A stretch of 40,000 bases of DNA from assembly GCF_003007785.1 (NCBI RefSeq), contig NZ_PXOH01000014.1, forward strand, positions 79,961 to 119,960. Direction: 5' to 3'. The translations under genes were made by a program, and so were the position numbers. The notes under the pieces are model-generated. The model was given only the letters and a program-made list of their open reading frames with translations, was not told the origin of the DNA and searched no databases. How positions within the stretch are numbered: position 1 is the stretch's first letter; each line of letters begins with the position of its first letter. The stretch is from Aphanothece hegewaldii CCALA 016. GTDB taxonomy: Bacteria; Cyanobacteriota; Cyanobacteriia; Cyanobacteriales; Microcystaceae. Below are positions 26,372 through 33,765 of this stretch, piece after piece.

Positions 26372-27400
26372 ATGTCAGTGCTTCGTATCCTTCATGTAGT
26401 TGGGTCTGCACAAAATGAATTTTACTGCGATCTATCCCGTCTTTATGCTCAAGACTGTCTCAGCGCAACAGCAGATCGATCGCGTTATGATTTCCATATT
26501 GCATACATCACACCCGATGGTCTATGGCGTTTTCCATCATCCCTTAATAGAGAAGATATCAATACAGCGAAACCGATGTCTTTAGCTGATGCGATACAGT
26601 TCATCACTTCAAAAAATATTGATCTAGTATTGCCACAAATGTTCTGCACTGCGGGAATGACTTATTACCGCGCATTGTTCGACTTGCTAGGTATTCCTTA
26701 CATTGGTAATACTCCAGATGTAATGGCGATCGCACTCCACAAAGCTAGAGCAAAAGCGATCGTTAGTGCAGCAGGTGTTAAAATTCCTCATAGTGAATTA
26801 CTTCGTCGCGGAGATGTCCCAACTATTAAACCTCCAGTTGTCGTCAAACCTGAATCTTCAGCTAATTCTTTAGGGGTTACTTTAGTGACAAATAGTGCTG
26901 ACTATGAAACTGCACTAAAAAAAGCCTTTGAACATTCAAAGGAGGTCATTGTAGAAGAATTTATCGAACTAGGTCGAGAAGTCAGAGGCGGTATAATTGT
27001 CAAAGATGGCGAATTAGTCGGTTTACCCCTTGAAGAATATTTAGTTATTCCCGATGAAAACCCCATTCGCACCTATGCTGATAAACTTAAAGCTACGGAC
27101 GAAGGTGAATTAAGTTTTGCGGCTAAAGATAATAAGAAATCTTGGATCGTAGATCCTAAAGACCCTGCAACGGAACGAGTTCAAGAAATAGCTAAAAAAT
27201 GTCATCAAGCTTTAGGCTGTCGTCATTATAGTCTTTTTGATTTCCGCATCGATCCACATGGACAACCTTGGTTTATCGAAGCAGGGTTATATTGTTCTTT
27301 TGCCTCTAAAAGTGTCATTTCTACGATGGCAAAAGCTTCGGGAATACCTCTTAATGAGTTATTTAGTAAAATGATCGATGAAACGTTAATCTCAGTTTGA
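26372..27400 (+). CDS. mysD: D-Ala-D-Ala-ligase-like ATP-grasp enzyme that attaches the second amino acid to mycosporine-glycine
   Basis: A 342-aa protein with the Ddl-type layout (ILHVVGSA...LVLPQMFCTAGMTYYRALFDLLGIPYIGN, VVVKPESSANSLGVTLV, EEFIELGREVRGG). It sits in a mys cluster, as does NpF5597 in Nostoc punctiforme. Confidence 0.8.
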   Translation: MSVLRILHVVGSAQNEFYCDLSRLYAQDCLSATADRSRYDFHIAYITPDGLWRFPSSLNREDINTAKPMSLADAIQFITSKNIDLVLPQMFCTAGMTYYRALFDLLGIPYIGNTPDVMAIALHKARAKAIVSAAGVKIPHSELLRRGDVPTIKPPVVVKPESSANSLGVTLVTNSADYETALKKAFEHSKEVIVEEFIELGREVRGGIIVKDGELVGLPLEEYLVIPDENPIRTYADKLKATDEGELSFAAKDNKKSWIVDPKDPATERVQEIAKKCHQALGCRHYSLFDFRIDPHGQPWFIEAGLYCSFASKSVISTMAKASGIPLNELFSKMIDETLISV

Positions 27401-27433
27401 GAAACGATTAATTTGATAGATTACTAGAAGAAA

Positions 27434-27805
27434 TTAGAGTAATCTTTTTCCTAATTCTAAAAATTCTGCTGCATGAGCAATCTGTTCTCGCGCTTGAGAT
27501 TCAGTAATATTCGAGTCGATACTATAATCACCTTTATTTCGTTTATCTTGAGCATCAATGAGATATCGATGATACTCTACAGGAACTGCCCCTTTACCAG
27601 CAAATTCTCGACCAAATGCCGAAATAACGGCAGAATGCTTAGAAAACGTTAAATTTTGATTTAATAATAAAGCTTCTGCCACATAAAACATCGTGTAATA
27701 AGCTCTTGAAGCAGCAAAATCATATAAACCATTATCTGCTAATAAATTCGCGGCGGTTAAACTTTCTTCAGCTTTATTGAGTAGTGCAGCTTGTTCGGGA
27801 GTCAC
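27434..27805 (-). CDS. HEPN domain protein (toxin-like partner of the MNT/HEPN pair)
   Basis: A 123-aa all-helical protein with the HEPN-type motif AQDKRNKGDY. Its ATG overlaps the upstream MNT stop by 4 nt. Confidence 0.8.
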   Translation of the reverse strand: MTPEQAALLNKAEESLTAANLLADNGLYDFAASRAYYTMFYVAEALLLNQNLTFSKHSAVISAFGREFAGKGAVPVEYHRYLIDAQDKRNKGDYSIDSNITESQAREQIAHAAEFLELGKRLL

Positions 27806-28122
27806 AGTAATATTCCTTCACGACGTACATTCATATAAAAAGGGCTATTTTCTAGTTGATATCGTGACTTAGAGGCAAAATTTCTAGAAATAAGAGTATC
27901 ATATTTTAAACACAGTTCACTAATATACTGACTGGTGCGATTAATTTCAGTCCAAGCATCAACAGCATCGTTGAGAACGACTAAAATATCGATATCAGAA
28001 TCGGGATCAGCGTCACCTCTTGCTTGTGAGCCATATAAAATAAGATAAGCTAATCGATCGCCGTATAATTTTTGGAAGTATTGACGGAGTTGGTCTAAAA
28101 TCTCGGTTAAATTGGGATTCAT
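27802..28122 (-). CDS. Nucleotidyltransferase (MNT) domain protein
   Basis: LILYGSQARGDADPDSDIDILVV is the GSxxRG...DxD minimal-nucleotidyltransferase signature. I chose the Met at 28122 (MNPNLTEILDQL), giving 106 aa. The track start at 28185 adds 21 poorly supported residues. Confidence 0.8.
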   Translation of the reverse strand: MNPNLTEILDQLRQYFQKLYGDRLAYLILYGSQARGDADPDSDIDILVVLNDAVDAWTEINRTSQYISELCLKYDTLISRNFASKSRYQLENSPFYMNVRREGILL

Positions 28123-28237
28123 CTTAATTTCTATTTTTCTAAATAATGTTTGTTTGAATAAATCTCTACTGAGAAGGATTAACAAAAAACATATAAAATG
28201 CTAATGTTTCACTAAAAATTAACAAATATTCTATTCA

Positions 28238-29107
28238 ATGATTCCTGAAGTTATTCTAACAGTGAGAGCGCGATTAGGTGAAAGACCGTGTTGGGATGCT
28301 CAAGCTCAATGTCTCTACTGGGTTGATATCTATAATCATCGTGTGCATCAGTTCGATCCGAAAACAGAACAAGATCGCTTTTTCGATGTGGGTGAGGTGG
28401 TGACTTGTTTTGCACCTGCCTCTAATAACCGTTTAATCATTGCGCTGCGTCAGCATCTTGCTTTTTTAGATACTCAAACGGGTACAGTGACACGCTTGGT
28501 AGAGTTAGATAAACCGTCCGACATTCGATTTAATGATGGGAAATGCGATCGCTTGGGACGTTTTTGGGTGGGGACGCTGTGTATTTCTGGCCCAAACGCA
28601 TCTCTTTACCGTTATGATCCTGATGGTACTCTAAATGAGATGGAAACGGGTTTAAATATTTCTAATGGACTGGGTTGGAGTCTAGATCAACAAACATTTT
28701 ATCTAACAGATAGTAAGCCAAAAATTATCTATGCTTATGATTTTGATCTAAATCGGGGTAATATCGAAAACCGACGAGTATTCATCGATCTATCTGAAGA
28801 ATCTTTTGGGCCTGATGGCTTAACTGTTGATAGCGAGGGCTGTATCTGGTCTGCCATGTGGGATGGATGGTGTATCATCCGTTTTGATCCAAATGGTAAA
28901 GAAATGTTACGGGTGTCTTTACCTGTGCCACGTCCGAGTAGTTGTACCTTTGGTGGGCCAGCTTTAACAACACTTTATATTACAACTGCTTCTATTGGTT
29001 TAAGTGAAAAAGAAATTCAAGATAGTATTTTTTCAGGAGATCTATTTGCTGTAGAAACTCCCGTAAAAGGTACGCATACTAACTATTTTGGAGTTGGTAA
29101 AGGTTAG
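28238..29107 (+). CDS. SMP-30/gluconolactonase/LRE family lactonase (six-bladed beta-propeller)
   Basis: LGERPCWDAQAQCLYWVDI, RFNDGKCDRLGRFWVGT, NGLGWS and GPDGLTVDSEGCIWSAMW are the hallmark blades and metal ligands of regucalcin-type lactonases. Confidence 0.88.
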   Translation: MIPEVILTVRARLGERPCWDAQAQCLYWVDIYNHRVHQFDPKTEQDRFFDVGEVVTCFAPASNNRLIIALRQHLAFLDTQTGTVTRLVELDKPSDIRFNDGKCDRLGRFWVGTLCISGPNASLYRYDPDGTLNEMETGLNISNGLGWSLDQQTFYLTDSKPKIIYAYDFDLNRGNIENRRVFIDLSEESFGPDGLTVDSEGCIWSAMWDGWCIIRFDPNGKEMLRVSLPVPRPSSCTFGGPALTTLYITTASIGLSEKEIQDSIFSGDLFAVETPVKGTHTNYFGVGKG

Positions 29108-30626
29108 CCATAATCAGATCTGCGGCTTTTTCCGCAATAGCAAATATACTAGATTGAGCGTGTCCAGTAACGACGGAGGGCATAATACTACTATCGACCA
29201 CACGCACATTATCTAAACCCCTAACGATTAGTTCTGGGTTAACAACAGCCATGTCATCGATCCCCATTTTACAAGAACCGCAGATATGCCATTGAGACTG
29301 TGCTTGTTCTCTGACAAATTCGTCTAAATCTTCATCTGTTGGATATTTATCACCTGGGGTTAGTTCCCGTTCTATAAGCGATGCTAGAGGTTCTGTTTTG
29401 ATTAATTGTCGTATTTTTTGGATAGCTGCTACTAAACGATCGCGATCGGCTTGTTCACCTAATAGATTAGGATGAATTAAGGGATCGGCTAATGGATCAT
29501 TACTAGCTAGTTTAATCCAACCTCTAGAAACTGGCACTTGAATAGAGATATGAATTGTTAGTAATTTAACTTCTTGTTCTGATTCATCTTGTTGGCTTGT
29601 GATCATCATTAAATATTCTAAATCGCTAACGGGCATTGATAGATCAGACTTGGCGAAAAGTGCGACACGGCATAAATTACAAAGAGGTTCTTCAACGTCT
29701 GATTTTAGGATGAAATGGCTAGAAACGGTCACATGATCATGAAAATTTTGTCCAACGCCGGGTAATAAAAGTTTTAATGGTATTTGGTGTTTTTTTAATT
29801 CATCTTCTGCCCCAATTCCAGATAATAAAAGCAGTTTTGGTGATTCGATGCTACCTGCTGCTAAAATGACTTCTCGCTTAACTTCGGCTTGTATAGGCTG
29901 ATTTTGGTGCATATATTCAATACCAAAAGCGCGATCGTTTTCGATCAGGATACGGGTTGCGGTGGCATGGGTAATGACTGTAAGATTAGAACGGTTCATC
30001 ACAGGTTCTAGATACGCTTGAGCCGCCCCATATCTTTTATTTTCTTTAATATTAGCCGCAAACCATCCCAGACCCTCAGATCCTTCTATAAAATCAGAAG
30101 CACTGAAATTATCATAGATGGGATAGCCTAAATGCTCACAGGTTTCAAGTATATTTTTGTAAATATGATGCTTTTCAGTATTGACTTTTTGCGTTGTTAG
30201 ATGTAGTGTGCCGTGATGTCCTAAAATGGGTTCGCCGCTTTCATCAAAGTTTTCTAGTTTCTGTAAATAGGGTACTATATTTTCGTAATCCCATCCGATC
30301 GCACCTTGGTTCGCCCATTCCTCAAAATTGTGGCGTAATGGACGAGTATACAACATCCCATTAAGGCTACTCGTACCCCCTAATAGTTTACCTCTGGGTT
30401 GTTTGATTTTGCGGTTATTTAATCCTAGTTGTTCTATGGTTTGATAATTCCAGTCTATCTCCGTTCCAATTAGATTACACCATTGCTGTACGTCTTCTGA
30501 ATCGGGTGTGACATCTCCACCGACTTCTAATAGTAATACACTTAGATCAGATTTTTCTGACAGTCGATTGGCTAGAACACAGCCTGCTGTTCCCCCACCC
30601 ACGATGATAAAATCAAATGTATTCAT
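29079..30626 (-). CDS. GMC family FAD-dependent oxidoreductase (choline/sugar dehydrogenase-like)
   Basis: FDFIIVGGGTAGCVLANRLSE at the N-terminus, GKLLGGTSSLNGMLYTR, and the C-terminal HICGSCKMG...VVDSSIMPSVVTGHAQS are GMC signatures 1 and 2. Its 3' end overlaps the lactonase 3' end by 29 nt. Confidence 0.9.
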   Translation of the reverse strand: MNTFDFIIVGGGTAGCVLANRLSEKSDLSVLLLEVGGDVTPDSEDVQQWCNLIGTEIDWNYQTIEQLGLNNRKIKQPRGKLLGGTSSLNGMLYTRPLRHNFEEWANQGAIGWDYENIVPYLQKLENFDESGEPILGHHGTLHLTTQKVNTEKHHIYKNILETCEHLGYPIYDNFSASDFIEGSEGLGWFAANIKENKRYGAAQAYLEPVMNRSNLTVITHATATRILIENDRAFGIEYMHQNQPIQAEVKREVILAAGSIESPKLLLLSGIGAEDELKKHQIPLKLLLPGVGQNFHDHVTVSSHFILKSDVEEPLCNLCRVALFAKSDLSMPVSDLEYLMMITSQQDESEQEVKLLTIHISIQVPVSRGWIKLASNDPLADPLIHPNLLGEQADRDRLVAAIQKIRQLIKTEPLASLIERELTPGDKYPTDEDLDEFVREQAQSQWHICGSCKMGIDDMAVVNPELIVRGLDNVRVVDSSIMPSVVTGHAQSSIFAIAEKAADLIMANLYQLQNS

Positions 30627-30793
30627 AGATTTAGCCTTACCTTTGTGTCACTACAAAAATAGCAAGTTGAATCAGTGGGAGATACTGTCTAGAGTTAGGT
30701 TAGATTCTATGTCTTAGGTTTTGGGTTGGAGGATATTTTTTAAATGATGCAAAATAATTTTGCAATAATCAAGTAATGGTTATAACATCAATA

Positions 30794-30955
30794 CGCCAGA
30801 GAATAAATTCTCTGTCTTAAAACAAAAGTCGGTTGAAACCGACTAAATTCAGATATTTTAGTCCATTTCAATGAGGGGCTGTCTGCGCGACCTGCGCGCG
30901 CAGCTTGTAAGCCCCGTAGGACTTTCGCTATCAGCCGTGAAATTCCCGATCGCGG
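30794..30955. repeat. Cluster of nested small hairpin repeats (SDR/MITE-like), cluster 2
   Basis: It uses the same module set as 18323-18447, inverted and reshuffled: ccagagaataaattctctg, agtcggttgaaaccgact, agtccatt...ggact and agccgtgaaatt. The agtcc/ggact hairpin is split by a GC-rich nested palindrome, ggggct-[ctgcgcg..cgcgcag]-agcccc, at 30875-30915. Confidence 0.8.
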
Positions 30956-30995
30956 TAAGCTAAATATTAGACGTGATTATTATAAAAGCAATATT

Positions 30996-32813
30996 CTATT
31001 GTACTAATCTTTTGACTTTGCCCATTGCGATATAAGAACCGCCTTGTCCTGCTTCTTTGACTGCATCGACGACAAATAAAATTCCTTCTTGTCGAACACC
31101 ACGAGGAAAACGGACGTTAAAATTAGGATCATAGCCATCCGAAACAACTCTAGCTCTTAATTTCTTGCCATCTTGCACACATTGTATTAAAATACCATTT
31201 CCGACACTATCGGTTGTATCTAAGTCTGCTAAGGTTAAAGTTGTTTTAACGGCTTGATATTGGGTGTTTCTTCCAGTAGATTGTGTTCTAACGGGCGCTT
31301 TTCCTAAACGTTTAATATTTCCTGATGCGCGATAAAATGAACCATTGGCAGAGGGTATAATTTCATCAACAACATAAGTAACGCCTTCTTCTCGAATACT
31401 GCGCGGAAACTGTACATTTAGATCACTATCATATCCATCAGATATTACTCGTATGCGTAATTTACCGCCAATTCTTTCGCATTTTACGAGTACGCCACTA
31501 TCGGGAGTTTCTACATATTCTAAGTTATCTGCTGATCCTGATGTAATACCTCTTGAGTGTAAATCCTCCCTCGTCCGTCTTCGACTTTGATATGATTGAT
31601 CTCGCATCTCTTTACGAATATCAGCGAAATATTGTCGATTTTCGATTTGTTGGGCATAATATTCGAGTTGGCTGATTTCTTCTGCAATACTAAAAAATTC
31701 TTCTAATGCTTTTTGTTTTAATGCTTCTGTCATCTGACGCAGGGTAGTCGCTGCTTTTTGATAGTCTCCTTTGTCAGCTAATGCGATCGCTTCATCTTTG
31801 ACTTGTGCTATTCTAAGTTGACTGGTTTGTTCTATGACTTTACTATCGGGTTGTATTTTGTTTGCTTCGTCTTTTTCCCCAATTTGAATAGTAATAGGCA
31901 ATTCTTGGCTGATATGCTCGATACTATCATTAACAACGGTATTATACTCATAGTTGAGGTTGAGTAAGGGTAATGTTCCTGTTTTCGACACCGCAGGAAG
32001 TGTAACCGTTAACGCAAGGGGTTTACTCTCGACTCCGTAAACATCCTCTAAGAAAATCTTTAATTTTTTGCCATTTTGTGTCAAACCATAGTTATTTAAA
32101 CTTTCTACTTTTATTCCAGATGCGGGTTCAATATTAACGGTTAGGTTTTGTGCGACAACAGAGACTAAGCTTTCCATTTCTATTGTAAAAACATCTGCTG
32201 CATCATCTGGAGACTGGATAAAGTAAAAATTCCCTTTACCTGCATTCGACATTCCTATCAACAAATCTTCATTAAAATAAGTACCAAACCCTAATGTAGT
32301 GGTTGTTATACCTTGTCTGGCTTGATCACTTGCTGTTTTTGTGAGAGTATTTGGATCTGTAAGCCCGACATTGGCTAATCCATCAGTTAATAATAATACT
32401 CGGTTGAGTTTATTTGGTGATAAGTTTGCTTTGACATGGTTGCATCCCATTAACCATCCTCCGCTTAGGTTCGTACATCCGCCCGCACGAATTTGACCAA
32501 TAAGAGATTTAATAGAAAAAGGATTGGTCACGTTTTGAGGCGATAAAATGGTTTGAACGTGATCATCATAGATTACTACTGAAAGAATATCATCGGGTGT
32601 GAGAAAATCGACTAATTTCTGTGCTGCTTTGATGGCATATTTTAGAGGTGTACCCGCCATCGAACCTGAGCGATCGAGAACTATACTTAAATTAAGAGGA
32701 CGACGAGTTTTATTTTTTTCGGCTTCCGGGGCTTGAAAGTTTACGATTAAGTCTACTGTAGTAGGACTATTTACCGCAATTAACGATTGACTTAGAGTAT
32801 AGGTTGCTTTCAT
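30996..32813 (-). CDS. von Willebrand factor A (VWA) domain protein with a central helical region and a duplicated uncharacterised C-terminal domain
   Basis: An intact MIDAS motif (LDRSGSMAG...TNLSGG...LLTDGLAN). Around aa 330-430 the sequence is helical or TPR-like. Two roughly 66-aa repeats follow (GVLVKCERIGGKLRIRVISDGYDSDLNVQFPRSIREEGVTYVVDE... and GILIQCVQDGKKLRARVVSDGYDPNFNVRFPRGVRQEGILFVVDA...). Confidence 0.8.
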   Translation of the reverse strand: MKATYTLSQSLIAVNSPTTVDLIVNFQAPEAEKNKTRRPLNLSIVLDRSGSMAGTPLKYAIKAAQKLVDFLTPDDILSVVIYDDHVQTILSPQNVTNPFSIKSLIGQIRAGGCTNLSGGWLMGCNHVKANLSPNKLNRVLLLTDGLANVGLTDPNTLTKTASDQARQGITTTTLGFGTYFNEDLLIGMSNAGKGNFYFIQSPDDAADVFTIEMESLVSVVAQNLTVNIEPASGIKVESLNNYGLTQNGKKLKIFLEDVYGVESKPLALTVTLPAVSKTGTLPLLNLNYEYNTVVNDSIEHISQELPITIQIGEKDEANKIQPDSKVIEQTSQLRIAQVKDEAIALADKGDYQKAATTLRQMTEALKQKALEEFFSIAEEISQLEYYAQQIENRQYFADIRKEMRDQSYQSRRRTREDLHSRGITSGSADNLEYVETPDSGVLVKCERIGGKLRIRVISDGYDSDLNVQFPRSIREEGVTYVVDEIIPSANGSFYRASGNIKRLGKAPVRTQSTGRNTQYQAVKTTLTLADLDTTDSVGNGILIQCVQDGKKLRARVVSDGYDPNFNVRFPRGVRQEGILFVVDAVKEAGQGGSYIAMGKVKRLVQ

Positions 32814-32983
32814 AGGGCATAGTTCTCATCGCGTTTTGCTGTTAGTATGCCCAAAGTCGAGAGAAGATCGAACAGATTGTAACAAAAGTTAGTATATTTG
32901 TATTTATTGAATATTTGTGTGTACTTTTGCCGTAATCAAAGTAAAATTGAAATAATACATTTATTTAATGGAGATGCGCTTTT

Positions 32984-33277
32984 ATGTCTCTTAAAAGTAA
33001 AGAAAAACGGATTGATCTTAGAGTCACCAGTGAGCAAAAAGAACTTCTTGAAAGGGCAGCCGAGCTTAAAGGCATGAGTTTAAGTGCTTATTTAGTGTCG
33101 CATGGATTGACCGTCGCACAGGCTGAACTCGAATCTTATCATAAATTAGTACTCAGCGATCGCGATCGAGATTTATTTTTAGAATTAATGGCATCTCCCC
33201 CTAAACCAAACTCTACTTTAAAAAAAGCGATGAGGAAGTTTCAAGAAGAATACGAAACAAATGAGATGGCGTATTAG
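32984..33277 (+). CDS. DUF1778 (TacA-like, ribbon-helix-helix) antitoxin
   Basis: In this 97-aa protein, KRIDLRVTSEQKELLERAAELKGMSLSAYL is the characteristic DUF1778 N-terminus. Its 3' end overlaps the following GNAT reading frame by 17 nt. Confidence 0.85.
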   Translation: MSLKSKEKRIDLRVTSEQKELLERAAELKGMSLSAYLVSHGLTVAQAELESYHKLVLSDRDRDLFLELMASPPKPNSTLKKAMRKFQEEYETNEMAY

Positions 33278-33764
33278 TAAATTAGATAGCTGTTTCGAGC
33301 GTGACGATTTTAATTGTGGTGAGTCAAAACTCAATGAGTATCTAAAAAAGTATGCCACTCAAAACATGAAAAAAGGCTACGCGATAACTTTTGTAGCTAC
33401 TTAGAGCGAAAGTCAAAAGGTAGTAGGTTATTACTCAGTTAGTGCTTCTAGTATAGAGTTTGCTAATCTGCCAGAAGATATTAAAAAAGGTCTGCCGAAA
33501 TATCCTGCACCAGTGATGCTCATTGGAAAGTTGGCGGTTGATTGCTCAATGCAAGGACAGGGACTAGGAGAAACATTATTAATGCACGCTTTAAGTCGAG
33601 CTATCCAGATTTCTCAAGAAATAGCGATTTATGCGGTTCGGGTGGATACCAGCGATGAGCAAGCCAAAAAATTTTATCTCAAATACAGTTTTGTTTCTTT
33701 ACAAGATGTTCCTCTGTCATTACTGTTACCTCTAAAAACTATTCAACAGAGTAGGATAGTTTAA
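33261..33764 (+). pseudogene. GNAT-family (TacT/AtaT-like) acetyltransferase toxin, interrupted by an in-frame TAG
   Basis: The frame starting at ATG 33261 reads MRWRISKLDSCFERDDFNCGESKLNEYLKKYATQNMKKGYAITFVAT, then TAG at 33402-33404. It continues in the same frame through SESQKVVGYYSVSASSIEF...MLIGKLAVDCSMQGQGLGETLLMHAL...KFYLKYSF (acetyl-CoA motif A). The track lists only the distal 83 aa (33513..33764). Confidence 0.8.
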
Positions 33765-33765
33765 T

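Noticed and set aside
28123-28185. A 21-aa N-terminal extension of the MNT protein.
   Set aside because: MNT proteins of this type are about 100 aa and begin near the helix that precedes GSxxRG. The extension is AT-rich and hydrophobic with no homologous pattern.
33402-33404. The in-frame TAG in the GNAT toxin as programmed recoding (pyrrolysine or read-through).
   Set aside because: Cyanobacteria have no Pyl machinery and no recoding signal is evident. A simple nonsense mutation, or a sequencing error, is the more economical explanation.
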